DNA from: an uncultured Desulfatitalea sp.
GTDB taxonomy: Bacteria > Desulfobacterota > Desulfobacteria > Desulfobacterales > Desulfosarcinaceae
DNA: 64,000 nucleotides
Direction of reading: 5' to 3'
NCBI GenBank assembly: GCA_963668675.2
Contig: CAXXMB010000002.1
Span: forward strand, 1,824,001-1,888,000
Part shown: positions 10,709-20,496 of the stretch, one piece after another
How positions within the stretch are numbered: the first letter of the stretch is position 1
How the letters are laid out: every line of letters begins with the position of its first letter
Notes under the pieces: model-generated
The model's input: the letters and a program-made list of their open reading frames with translations, nothing else
The model's database searches: none
What the model was told of the DNA's origin: nothing
Position numbers and translations under genes: made by a program

Positions 10709-11357
10709 ATGGAGGAAACGATGAATAATTTGCCCGCGACGATGCGAGGTGTGTTGTTGATAGGCCATGGCGATGTGGACAAGCTGGTCATTCGTGAGGA
10801 TATTCCGGTGCCGCTGCCTGGGCCACATGAGGTACTGGTGCGAGTAGCCGCTGCTGGCATCAACAATACGGATATCAATACACGAATTGGTTGGTATTCA
10901 AAAAACGAGGGCGCAAGTGAAGACGCCAGTTGGTCGGGGCAGGCGCTTGATTTTCCACGTATTCAAGGAGCCGACGTATGCGGCCGTATTGCTGCAGTCG
11001 GACAAGAAGTCAGCCCTGAAAGGATTGGCGAGAGGGTATTGATTGAACCCTGTATAAGCGTGGCCTGATCTTTTGGAGGTGCTTAAACCTTTTGGGAGGT
11101 ATGCTGCGGCAGGCGCAATAGCAGGACCGATAGTGGCGTTGGATGTAAGAACACTTTACTTGAAGGACTTAAGTTTGTTCGGTTGCACAGTTCTCGATGA
11201 ACGTGTTTTTGAAAATTTGATCAAACGAATTGAAGCAAAAGAAATCAGCCCTGTCGTCTCCAGCACTTTTTCTCTTTCCCAAGTTGTCGAAGCGCAAAAA
11301 CAATTCGAAACAAAACAACATGTCGGAAAGCTGGTCATCGATTTGTCAATTGGCTGA
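10709..11357 (+). pseudogene. MDR-family alcohol dehydrogenase/quinone reductase with internal deletion and frameshift
   Basis: The N-terminal part (GINNTDINTR, PRIQGADVCG) is fused out of frame to the C-terminal part (WPDLLEVLKPFGRY..GAIAGP..LYLKDL..GKLVI). The central Rossmann region is missing. Confidence 0.8.
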
Positions 11358-11476
11358 CAATTGAAATCAAAAGCATAACCTCGCAGTCCAGGCAAAAAGT
11401 AAAAACTTAGCCAGCAAAACAAATGAGTAGAAGCCCTCACCGCCCATGACCGCATCGTTGGCTGACAGGACAAGGC

Positions 11477-12157
11477 GTGTACAAAGCAATTCGATTTCCG
11501 GAGAATCCTATCATCCATGCCGGCTTGGATGAACAGATCGGTCACAACATCAATGGTGTAACACATGACGGGCAGCGCAGTTTCCTGGCCACCTCCCATG
11601 ACGGGCTTCGTTTTCATGCTATGTCCGAAGTGCTGGGGCCCTGGTACTTCAGAACGTTCCAACACGAGGCCGCATGGTTTGCCATTGCCAAAGCGACTGA
11701 TACGCCTGGAGGCGGTGTACTAATGCGTTCTTCCGATGGCATCCAGCCTTTCGAACAAGGTCCGGACATTTTACCTAATCAGCGCCATGTGGCCGTCCTG
11801 AAACGAGGCAACGCCCTCTATATCTTCTTCAGCCGAGGAAAAGACTGTCCTGAGCGAATCCTTGTTTCCAAAATGTCGCTCAAAGGAGACTGGGAAAAGT
11901 GGCAACCATCGGAACCAGTTGAATTATTGCGACCGCAAACGGAAGAAGAGGGCGGAAATTTACCCCTTTGCCCTTCACGCTTCGAAGCGGTCCATGAACC
12001 CGTCAACGAACTTCGCGATCCGGCGATCTACGAAGAAAACGAGAATTTGTACCTATTGTATACTGGAGCAGGTGAGACCAACATCTGTGGTGCGGAGCTT
12101 GTCAGGGAGCAGGTCAACCAACCAGCAGGCGCAGACGATACTTTACAGCGCACCTGA
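11477..12157 (+). CDS. beta-propeller glycosidase-like hypothetical protein, probably internally deleted
   Basis: NPII..GHNING, SHDGLRF, PERILVS and LRDPAIYEE..LYLLYTGAGE motifs. Appears too short after NING. Confidence 0.55.
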   Translation: MYKAIRFPENPIIHAGLDEQIGHNINGVTHDGQRSFLATSHDGLRFHAMSEVLGPWYFRTFQHEAAWFAIAKATDTPGGGVLMRSSDGIQPFEQGPDILPNQRHVAVLKRGNALYIFFSRGKDCPERILVSKMSLKGDWEKWQPSEPVELLRPQTEEEGGNLPLCPSRFEAVHEPVNELRDPAIYEENENLYLLYTGAGETNICGAELVREQVNQPAGADDTLQRT

Positions 12158-12323
12158 CTTCCACATGTTTCATCTCCTCATCCACCCGGCAAATAGACTC
12201 AATTCGCAGCGCTTGAGTTGTTGAATACAAAGGGGGTTAAAGGGTTGTCATCGTGGTTTGACCCCATGGCCAACGGCGTCCGCCTTGTATTTCCATTGGA
12301 TTCCCGATATAGGCCACCTCATC

Positions 12324-15077
12324 ATGAGTGCAATGGTCCCTTTGGAAAAACTGCGCATTGCCGATCCGGACACCTATGTGTGGGTCAAGGGCCGGCTGGC
12401 GCTGCTTCCGAGAACGCCCGAGGCCAGCCTTCTCGATCTCATGGTCGAGGAGATCATCCGGGCCCTTTCCCAGGAGGCGGGCCTGGCCCGATCCTTGGCG
12501 GAAGGGTTGATCCGTCTGATCGACTCCGAAGGAGGGGGCTGCGGGAGCAGCTCAATCCATATTGCAACCTACATCGAACAAGTTCGCCAGGCGGCAAAAA
12601 CCGGTCCGGCCCTGGGCCGCATCGTAGCCGACCATCTCGCGCCGGTCCTTCTGGCAGGCCCGGCCATGCTCAAACAGTTTTCGGCCACCCTGGCCATCAT
12701 GCGCAGCAAGGGCACCTATACGCTCAATGAGCCACTGCTGGTGCTCAACGAACTGCTCGAAAACGACGATCACCCTTCAGCCAGTGCCTATCTATCGCTG
12801 CTGAGTACCGCGTTCCGGCAGCAAATCACCTATAACCGATGCGTCCGGCTGGTCTATCAAATCCCTAAAGCGGTTCGCGGTTTCGTGGCGCGCCGGAGGC
12901 TGGCCCAGATCGAGGCCCTCGCCCGGGTGGTCGACACCGACCTGCAACTGGTCGACCCCTTCCTCGAAGGGATGCAAAAAGGATTGGCGCTGCTTGGTTC
13001 CGGCGATCTGAATGATTTTCTGGAAGAGGCTTTTACCCGATACCGCGCCTCGGCAGATGCCGGCCTTTCGTTTATCGCCCTCTCCTCCAAAGCTGCCCAG
13101 GAAACGTGTGAACGGATGCAGGTGGTGGTGCCGCTCGCCCAAATCAAAGGACCGCTCAATCGCTACCTCAATGCCCGCCTGGGGCGTCCGGTGGCGGTGA
13201 CGGCCGCATCGACGATACCGGTGGCTCTTCAAGCCGACAGCCGCTGGATCTGCTCCGATGGACGCGCCATCTACATGCCCGACGAGATCGACCGCTTCGA
13301 GTGCCGGGATGAAAACCGCCGCCTGGCCAAAATACTGGTCCGCCTGGAGGCGGGCTACTTTGAAAACCGCACCTTCGCCTTCGACCTCGAGCGTGCCTGC
13401 GATCTCTATCCCGAGGTGGCCCAGCGTAAAGATCGCTGGGCAGGTGACCCGCAATCCGACAAATGCGACGCCCAGCGGTTTTTCAACGGCTTCGAGCTGC
13501 CGCTGCTGGCCGGGGATCTATTCCTGCTTTTCGCCCAGGCCCGCACGGCGGCATACCTGACGCACCACTATCCGGGATTGGTGAGAGCCGCCCTGCCCAT
13601 GCTGAAAAAGGAGTCCCAGCGGCTAAGGGGCCAGGCCCAGGGCGACACGTTCATGGAATATCTGTACGACCGCCTGGTGCTCGATATGACACCCGAGCGA
13701 ACGCCGGAACCTTTCGCCAATACACTGCACCACGGGCTGGCTTCCGAGCTGAAGCACCATCTGAATGAACAGGCACCGGTGGAGTGTTGCGCCCGCATGG
13801 TCTGCCTGGCCCACGATACCATTGCAGCCCACTTGCGTGAAAACGGAAGGACTTATGTGCCGATGGCGGTCCCCTTCGACCGCAAGCTACGCTGGGACCT
13901 GGTCGCAGGGGCTTCTGTGGAGCAACAACGGCAGGCGGAACAGATTAAGGTCCGACTGGCGGAGCAGGGGCTGGAGGTGTACCGTGCCGATCTGCAGGAG
14001 AGAATGGATGAGCAACAGGGGCGTCTCACATCCGACGATGTCCGGACGCTGGTGTTGTCGCGGGCCCAAATTACCGGAAAAGAGGGAACCATAGAAATCG
14101 ATCTGAGCGATCCGGATCTGGTGCGCCTGCTTGAAAAAGCCGGCCTCGATCCACAAACGGGCCATGCCGATGACGGCAGCGGTTTTCGCTATCCCGAGTG
14201 GGACAGCCGCCTCCAGGACTATCTGCGCGACCACGTACGGGTGCAGGAGTCGCTGGTGACGGCCGGGGGTGACGGCGACTTCTATCGCCAGAGCCTGGAG
14301 CACTACCGCGGTATGGTGGCACGCATCCGTCGCGCTTTCGAATTTCTCAAACCCGAAGGGCTTGTGATGTTGCGCCAATGGCCCGATGGGGATGCCTTTG
14401 ACCACAGGGCCCTTATCGACTTCGCCGTGGACCGCCGTGCCGGGCGCACACCTTCCGACCGGCTCTTTATCAAGCGGCTCAAGCAGGAACGGGATGTGGC
14501 CGCCCTGCTGCTGGTGGATCTATCGCGCTCCACGGCCAATCCGGTGGTCGACGGCACGGGAACGGTCCTGGGAGTGGCCAAGGAGGCACTGGTCCTTTTC
14601 TGCGAGGCGCTGCAGGTGGTGGGGGACACCTTCGCCATCGCCGGATTTTCAGGTACCGGACGCCACTCGGTGGACTACTTTCGCATCAAAGGCTTCGACG
14701 AACCGCTGGCCGAGCCGGTAAAAGCCCGCCTCTCCGCTTTAAGCCCCCAGCGCAGCACCCGCATGGGTGCCGCCATCCGCCACGCCACGGCCCGAATCGC
14801 ACCCGTGGCGTCGCGTGTCCGCCTATTGATCATTGTCAGCGACGGTTTCCCCAACGACCTGGGGTATAAGGCCGACTATGCCATTGCCGACACTCGCCGG
14901 GCCGTTCAGGAAGCCCGGGCCAAAGGCATTCACGTCAAGGCGATTACGGTGAATATCGGCAGCGATCCACGACTGGATGATCTTTACGGAAGGGTCCATC
15001 ACCACGTCATCGGCGATGTGCGCGAGCTGCCGGATAAGTTGGTGAGGCTCTACGGGACACTGACCAAGCGGTTTTGA
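12324..15077 (+). CDS. large NorD/CbbO-like von Willebrand A domain protein
   Basis: YPEWD, LLVDLSRST (MIDAS), STRMGAAIRHA and SDGFPND motifs. Start uncertain (12258-12333). Confidence 0.85.
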   Translation: MSAMVPLEKLRIADPDTYVWVKGRLALLPRTPEASLLDLMVEEIIRALSQEAGLARSLAEGLIRLIDSEGGGCGSSSIHIATYIEQVRQAAKTGPALGRIVADHLAPVLLAGPAMLKQFSATLAIMRSKGTYTLNEPLLVLNELLENDDHPSASAYLSLLSTAFRQQITYNRCVRLVYQIPKAVRGFVARRRLAQIEALARVVDTDLQLVDPFLEGMQKGLALLGSGDLNDFLEEAFTRYRASADAGLSFIALSSKAAQETCERMQVVVPLAQIKGPLNRYLNARLGRPVAVTAASTIPVALQADSRWICSDGRAIYMPDEIDRFECRDENRRLAKILVRLEAGYFENRTFAFDLERACDLYPEVAQRKDRWAGDPQSDKCDAQRFFNGFELPLLAGDLFLLFAQARTAAYLTHHYPGLVRAALPMLKKESQRLRGQAQGDTFMEYLYDRLVLDMTPERTPEPFANTLHHGLASELKHHLNEQAPVECCARMVCLAHDTIAAHLRENGRTYVPMAVPFDRKLRWDLVAGASVEQQRQAEQIKVRLAEQGLEVYRADLQERMDEQQGRLTSDDVRTLVLSRAQITGKEGTIEIDLSDPDLVRLLEKAGLDPQTGHADDGSGFRYPEWDSRLQDYLRDHVRVQESLVTAGGDGDFYRQSLEHYRGMVARIRRAFEFLKPEGLVMLRQWPDGDAFDHRALIDFAVDRRAGRTPSDRLFIKRLKQERDVAALLLVDLSRSTANPVVDGTGTVLGVAKEALVLFCEALQVVGDTFAIAGFSGTGRHSVDYFRIKGFDEPLAEPVKARLSALSPQRSTRMGAAIRHATARIAPVASRVRLLIIVSDGFPNDLGYKADYAIADTRRAVQEARAKGIHVKAITVNIGSDPRLDDLYGRVHHHVIGDVRELPDKLVRLYGTLTKRF

Positions 15078-15192
15078 TGTCGGCAGCCCAACTGCCTCTC
15101 GACGAATCCCCTTTTCGTGTTTAAGTTAGTCACCAAACTTTTAGAAGGGAAAGCGCCATACGTTCAACCTGTTAGACCAGACGGAGAGAATT

Positions 15193-15648
15193 ATGCTCAT
15201 TCACGACGACATCTTTACCTGGAAGGGGTTCGGAGGTGTCTATCAACTGGCGGCCGGGAGATGCCGGCTGCGCATTTTCGATCTCACGCGCGGAGGACAT
15301 TGCAACGTGACCCACCTCAAACCCATGGTGGTGGTGGTCTCCGACCTGCCACACTCCGGTCCGGGCTACAGATCGATGTCGGTGCGCAGCTGTGCAAGCC
15401 ACATCGCAACCACTGTCGCCCAACAGTTCAACATTGCGCCGCAACGCATGACCTACGCGGAGTACTATCCCACCTCCAGCTATGGCGCAGACCATCAGCA
15501 TGTGATTCCCGCCAAAATCGATGCGGTGGAATTCTCATGGTTCGACGACAAAGCCATGCATCCGAAGTGGCGACCGTTGCCATCACCGCTGCTGGAGACG
15601 GTAACGGATTTGATCGAAGCATCCGAACAGGCGCCGGTCCAATCTTAA
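15193..15648 (+). CDS. conserved hypothetical protein
   Basis: GGAGAG RBS plus ATG. Plausible 151-aa ORF filling the gap. Confidence 0.7.
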   Translation: MLIHDDIFTWKGFGGVYQLAAGRCRLRIFDLTRGGHCNVTHLKPMVVVVSDLPHSGPGYRSMSVRSCASHIATTVAQQFNIAPQRMTYAEYYPTSSYGADHQHVIPAKIDAVEFSWFDDKAMHPKWRPLPSPLLETVTDLIEASEQAPVQS

Positions 15649-15752
15649 AAGGCTTTAAGTCTGTATTTTTGATGACATTGAACAGTCAGGATAAGCAGAA
15701 GGCTGGACGCCGGAAGTAAGAGGCCATCATGGGTAAGAACAGGTAGGACGTT

Positions 15753-16115
15753 TTATTCGGCCAATGATGTCCAGTCGATTTGAGACCATCTCTGCCGGAA
15801 CGCTTCGACGGCGGCGCATAACTCGGCATAGGCGGCGTCGGCCTCATCGGCCTTGCCGCTCCGGCCGATGCTTTCCAATCTGAATGCCGCCGCACTGACG
15901 CCCCTGGCCCCCAGGTTGGCCGAAGCGCCTTTAAACTGGTGGGCACTCCGGTTAAGGAGCGCCATATCCCCATTCTTAACAGCGGTTTGGATGGGATCCA
16001 GGTAGTCGGAAAGCGTTTGCATCAGCTCATCGAACATCATTTTCAGAAAGGCGACATCACCCAGGGCCCTCTTCAATGCATCATCGATATCGATTATGGA
16101 GTTGTCTCCGGCCAT
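15753..16115 (-). CDS. Hpt (histidine phosphotransfer) protein
   Basis: AHQFKGASANLGA motif. GAGG RBS before the ATG at 16115. Confidence 0.9.
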   Translation of the reverse strand: MAGDNSIIDIDDALKRALGDVAFLKMMFDELMQTLSDYLDPIQTAVKNGDMALLNRSAHQFKGASANLGARGVSAAAFRLESIGRSGKADEADAAYAELCAAVEAFRQRWSQIDWTSLAE

Positions 16116-16183
16116 GACCACACCTCGTTGGAATAGGGAAAGTGGTTTCAGCGACACTCTCTCCATCGCCTCTCTTTTAAGCT

Positions 16184-16210
16184 ATATCGGCGGTTTTTGA
16201 AAAAAGTTGA
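16184..16210 (-). promoter_or_regulatory. sigma28-type promoter
   Basis: Minus strand TCAA-N15-GCCGATAT upstream of the Hpt gene. Confidence 0.7.
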
Positions 16211-16394
16211 GCCCCGGACGACAACCCGCCTCTTCTCAGAAGCGGCAAAAGGTGATAAAAGGTTGTTTCTTCGAATTCGACAATCAGAGGCCGGATGCGA
16301 CAGGCTATATCCGGTAAAAAGTGCCTCTTCCCATCCGGACCGCAAACGGATGCCAACCAAGAGCGAAACGACGAACGGAATTCATACCTAAGCC

Positions 16395-17183
16395 ATGCGT
16401 TTTCGTCCCTGCATCGACTTGCACAAAGGCAAAGTAAAACAGATCGTTGGCGGCTCCCTATCGGACAGCGACGAGCGCGCTGTCAAGACAAACTTCGAGA
16501 GCGGGCATCCGCCGGAGTGGTTTGCCCGGCGCTACCGTCAGGACAGGCTGGACGGAGGGCATGTGATCCAATTGGGCCCCGGCAACCGCCAGGCGGCCGA
16601 AGCGGCCCTGGAAGCATGGCCCGGCGGAATGCAGCTCGGTGGTGGCGTGAACCTTGAAAACGCCGCCCACTGGATCGACGCCGGGGCGGCGGCGGTGATC
16701 GTCACCTCCTGGGTCTTTCACGACGGATCAGTGGATATGGATCGACTCGAACGGCTGAGCCGCCACGTGGGCCCCCAGCGCCTGGTTCTCGACTTGAGCT
16801 GCCGCCGAAAGGACGATGCATACTATATCGTCACCGACCGCTGGCAGACCTTCACACGCGAACGCATCACGCACCGGCTGCTTGATCGCCTGGCGCCGTT
16901 CTGCAACGAGTACCTGATCCATGCCGTGGATGTGGAGGGGCGTTGTCAGGGCATCGAGACAGATCTGGTTGCGCTGCTAGGCCAGTGGGACAGCCTGCCC
17001 ATCACCTATGCCGGCGGGATCCACTCCCAGGCCGCTATCGACACCATTGAACATCTGGGGAGCGGACGGATCGACTTTACGGTGGGCAGCGCATTGGATA
17101 TCTTTGGTGGAAATCAATTGGTTTATCGAGAGCTGGCCCGGCAATATGGCGCCGGGAGATCCGATACGCCTTTGCAACCATAG
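16395..17183 (+). CDS. hisA: ProFAR isomerase, eukaryotic His6-type
   Basis: FRPCIDLHKGKVKQIVGG, GGHVIQLG, LVLDLSCR and HAVDVEG motifs. Confidence 0.88.
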   Translation: MRFRPCIDLHKGKVKQIVGGSLSDSDERAVKTNFESGHPPEWFARRYRQDRLDGGHVIQLGPGNRQAAEAALEAWPGGMQLGGGVNLENAAHWIDAGAAAVIVTSWVFHDGSVDMDRLERLSRHVGPQRLVLDLSCRRKDDAYYIVTDRWQTFTRERITHRLLDRLAPFCNEYLIHAVDVEGRCQGIETDLVALLGQWDSLPITYAGGIHSQAAIDTIEHLGSGRIDFTVGSALDIFGGNQLVYRELARQYGAGRSDTPLQP

Positions 17184-17243
17184 CCGTTGTGCTCTCTCAA
17201 AGAACGATTTGGGCACAACCAACGGCTTGAAAAGGAGGTACTC

Positions 17244-17918
17244 ATGAAAAAAGCAAGCACCCGATGGTTCATTCTCGTCATATGCACACTATTCGCGGTT
17301 TCTGCCTGTACGACCGTCAACCCTTACACCGGGGAAAAGCAGGCCAGCAAGGTGGCCATAGGGGCGGGTGTCGGAGCCGTCAGCGGGGCGATGATCGGAT
17401 TGATCACCGCAAAGAGCAAGCATCGGCAACGCAACGCACTCATCGGGGCGGGTGTCGGGGCCCTGGCCGGCGGCAGCATCGGCTACTATATGGATGTCCA
17501 GGAGGCCAAACTGCGTCAGAGGCTTCAAAATTCCGGTGTCAGCGTCACCCGGGCGGGCAACCAGATCGTATTGAACATGCCGGGCAATATTACATTCAAG
17601 ACCAACTCGGACGACATCAACGCCGGCTTTTACGAAGTGCTCAATTCGGTGGCCATAGTACTTAACGAGTACTCAAAAACGACCATCGACGTCATCGGCC
17701 ACACCGATAGCGTGGGCGCGGAGAGCTACAATCAGGAACTCTCCGAACGGCGGGCCCGCAGCGTGGCCGAATATCTGGCCGGTCAGAACGTGCTGACCAC
17801 GCGCCTGCTCATCGAGGGCCGGGGAGAAACCCAACCCATCGCATCCAACAGCACGCCCGAAGGCCGCGCCAGCAACCGCCGTGTCACCATCCAGATCAAT
17901 CCACTGACGCAGGGATAA
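17244..17918 (+). CDS. OmpA-family lipoprotein (YiaD-like) with glycine zipper
   Basis: Lipobox VSAC, glycine zippers, GHTD..YNQELSERRA and NRRV motifs. Confidence 0.9.
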   Translation: MKKASTRWFILVICTLFAVSACTTVNPYTGEKQASKVAIGAGVGAVSGAMIGLITAKSKHRQRNALIGAGVGALAGGSIGYYMDVQEAKLRQRLQNSGVSVTRAGNQIVLNMPGNITFKTNSDDINAGFYEVLNSVAIVLNEYSKTTIDVIGHTDSVGAESYNQELSERRARSVAEYLAGQNVLTTRLLIEGRGETQPIASNSTPEGRASNRRVTIQINPLTQG

Positions 17919-17925
17919 AAAAAAA

Positions 17926-18082
17926 GAAGTAGGAAAGCTGAACGTCTGAAAGTACGAAAGTGAAGGTAATGAATCGATTTGATTCAGGTATCAATCCGCC
18001 CCGCAACCAGGGGTAACGCCTCCATCAAATTCGATAGAATACCACCATTTTCATACTTTCAGCTTTCATACCTTCCTGCTTC
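17926..18082. repeat. imperfect ~37-bp inverted repeat built from 7-8 nt periodic units
   Basis: GAAGTAGGAAAGCTGAACGTCTGAAAGTACGAAAGTG (17926-17962) versus the reverse complement of 18046-18082, GAAGCAGGAAGGTATGAAAGCTGAAAGTATGAAAATG. Confidence 0.6.
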
Positions 18083-19246
18083 TTTATATACCCTCGGCAC
18101 TCGTCCGGTCAGCGCCGACACCACCTCGTAATTGATCGTGCCCAAGGTCTCGGCCACCGCATCGGCGCTGATCACTGCCCCACCCTGGTGTCCGATCAAC
18201 ACCACCTCGTCTCCTACAGCCACATTCGGAACCTCACTCACATCGATCATGGTCAAATCCATGCAGACGCGGCCGACGATGGGGACCCGACGCCCCCCCG
18301 CCAGCATAATGCCCCGGTTGGAGAGACCGCGGTTGTAACCATCGGCATAACCGGCCGGTACGGTGGCGATGGTGGCCGGGGCTGGGGTCCGATAGGTACA
18401 TCCATAACTGATGCAGGTGTCGGCCGGCACCGGCTTGACGTTGACGACCCTTGCTTTCAGGGAGAGAGCAGGCCTCAAGTCGATACGTGTGCAATCCACC
18501 TCGCCGGACGGATAGAGGCCGTAGAGCGATATGCCGGCCCGTACCATGTCCAGGTGGGTTTCGGGCATCTCCATAATCGCCCCACTGTTGGCGACGTGCC
18601 GCACGCCCGTTTCCACGCCGGCGGCGGCCAGGCGTTCCAGCAGGCGCGTGTATATCGAGAACTGGCGTTGTGCGTATTTTTTATCGGCGTGGTCGGCAGT
18701 GGCAAAATGGGTGTAGAGCCCCTGCAGAAGAAGCCCCTTGAGTTGGACAATCTGCCCTATGGTCTCAGCGACGTGTTCAATGTCACGCCCATCTCCACTA
18801 CCGCAGGGGATGCCCATCCGCCCCATGCCCGTGTCGATTTTGATATGAACAGGCAGTTGCCGTCCCATCGTCTGGGCTGCTGCTGCCAGCTCGTGGGCAC
18901 CATCCAGGGAACAGATCGTGGGAATCAGGTCGTTGTCCAGCAACTGGGGGGCGTGATCGGCCGGTGTGTAGCCAAAGATCAGGATGGGCGCTTCGATCCC
19001 GGCTTGCCGGAGAGTTAACCCCTCCTCGATGCGTGCCACGCCTAGATCGGTGGCACCGCTTTGAAGGGCAGTGCGGGCAACTTGTTCGGCGCCATGGCCG
19101 TAAGCATTGGCCTTTACGGCCACCATCAGGCGGACACCGTCATCGATGATGCCTCGGAGCGCCCGGACGTTATGGGCGATGGCCGTCAGGTCGATCTCGG
19201 CCCATATCGGATGGGGGGACTGTTGATCCGGTCGCTGCAACGGCAT
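18059..19246 (-). CDS. alr: alanine racemase
   Basis: AVKANAYGHG PLP-lysine motif, HIKIDTGMGR and GRVCMD. Confidence 0.95.
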   Translation of the reverse strand: MPLQRPDQQSPHPIWAEIDLTAIAHNVRALRGIIDDGVRLMVAVKANAYGHGAEQVARTALQSGATDLGVARIEEGLTLRQAGIEAPILIFGYTPADHAPQLLDNDLIPTICSLDGAHELAAAAQTMGRQLPVHIKIDTGMGRMGIPCGSGDGRDIEHVAETIGQIVQLKGLLLQGLYTHFATADHADKKYAQRQFSIYTRLLERLAAAGVETGVRHVANSGAIMEMPETHLDMVRAGISLYGLYPSGEVDCTRIDLRPALSLKARVVNVKPVPADTCISYGCTYRTPAPATIATVPAGYADGYNRGLSNRGIMLAGGRRVPIVGRVCMDLTMIDVSEVPNVAVGDEVVLIGHQGGAVISADAVAETLGTINYEVVSALTGRVPRVYKEAGRYES

Positions 19247-20359
19247 CTAAAGCACCTGCTCCACGGGGGTGTAGGCCAAACCAAAGGCCTCCGCCACCGC
19301 CGGATAGGTCACCCTGCCCTGAACGATGTTGGCGCCCAGGCGCATCTCCGGACTCTCCTTCAGCGCCCGTCGCCACCCCTTGTCGGCAAGTGCCTGGGCA
19401 TAGGGCAGCGTGGCGTTGGTCAAGGCCCGGGTGGAGGTTTTGGCCACGGCCCCGGGCATGTTGGCCACCGTGTAGTGGACGATGCCGTCCACCTCGTAAA
19501 CCGGATCGTTGTGGGTGGTCGGGCGGGAGGTTTCGAAACAGCCGCCCTGATCGATGGCCACATCCACTATCACCGCGCCAGGCTTCATGGTTTTGAGCAT
19601 ATCGCGGGTGATCAGGTGAGGCGCTTTGGCCCCCGGAATGAGCACGGCGCCGATGACCACGTCCGCCTCCGCCACCAGTTTGCGAATGACGGCAGGAGTG
19701 GACATGAGCAGGAAGCAGTTGGCCGGCATGGTGTCGTCAAGGTATCGGAGGCGCTGGAGATTATTGTCCAGCACATAGACTTTGGCTCCCAGACCGCAGG
19801 CCATTCGGGCCGCCTGGGTGCCCACCACTCCGCCGCCGATGACCACCACCGTGGCCGGATCCACCCCGGGCACGCCGCCCAACAGCACCCCACGGCCGCC
19901 ATAGGGCATCTCCAGGTATTTGGCGGCCTGTTGCACCGACATGCGGCCGGCCACTTCGCTCATGGGGGTGAGCAGCGGCAGCGACCCATCCGCCTTTCGA
20001 ATGGTCTCATAGGCGATGTCGATGGAGCCGCTGTCGATCAGGGCGCGGGTCAGGGGCTCGTTGGCCGCCAGGTGCAGGTAGGTGAAGACGATCTGATCCG
20101 GCCGAATGAGACCATACTCCTCGGCCAGCGGCTCCTTGACGTGCATCACCATTTCGGCCGCCTGGTAAATGTCGGCCGCTGTCTCTGCCAGGCGGCCGCC
20201 GGCCGCCACATAGGTCTCGTCCGGGAAACCGCTGCCCAGACCGGCACCCCGCTCCACCATCACCGTGTGACCGGCCCGCACCAGCACTTCCACACCGTCC
20301 GGCGTCATGGCCACCCGGTACTCTTCCGCTTTGATCTCTTTAAGAATGCCTACAATCAT
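19247..20359 (-). CDS. ald: alanine dehydrogenase
   Basis: [29 protein letters not shown] and VANMPGAV motifs. Stop abuts the alr ATG. Confidence 0.95.
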   Translation of the reverse strand: MIVGILKEIKAEEYRVAMTPDGVEVLVRAGHTVMVERGAGLGSGFPDETYVAAGGRLAETAADIYQAAEMVMHVKEPLAEEYGLIRPDQIVFTYLHLAANEPLTRALIDSGSIDIAYETIRKADGSLPLLTPMSEVAGRMSVQQAAKYLEMPYGGRGVLLGGVPGVDPATVVVIGGGVVGTQAARMACGLGAKVYVLDNNLQRLRYLDDTMPANCFLLMSTPAVIRKLVAEADVVIGAVLIPGAKAPHLITRDMLKTMKPGAVIVDVAIDQGGCFETSRPTTHNDPVYEVDGIVHYTVANMPGAVAKTSTRALTNATLPYAQALADKGWRRALKESPEMRLGANIVQGRVTYPAVAEAFGLAYTPVEQVL

Positions 20360-20425
20360 GGGGGCTCCTAATATGGCTGTTTAAATGTGCTGATAAGGTA
20401 AGCACTAACCGTTGAAAGCAAAACC

Positions 20426-20461
20426 TGCGGGCGGGGGAGCGGGGAGAGCTCCCCGCCCGCA
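20426..20461. terminator. GC-rich hairpin between the thiolase gene and ald
   Basis: TGCGGGCGGGG(G)AGC..GCTCCCCGCCCGCA, followed by T-rich sequence on the minus strand. Confidence 0.6.
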
Positions 20462-20496
20462 CATCCGCTCAATACCGTATAATCAAGAGGGGTTTT

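Noticed and set aside
11066..11068. TGA after CISVA as a second selenocysteine codon
   Set aside because: The downstream homologous segment is in a different frame and the protein centre is missing, so this is a deletion/frameshift rather than recoding.
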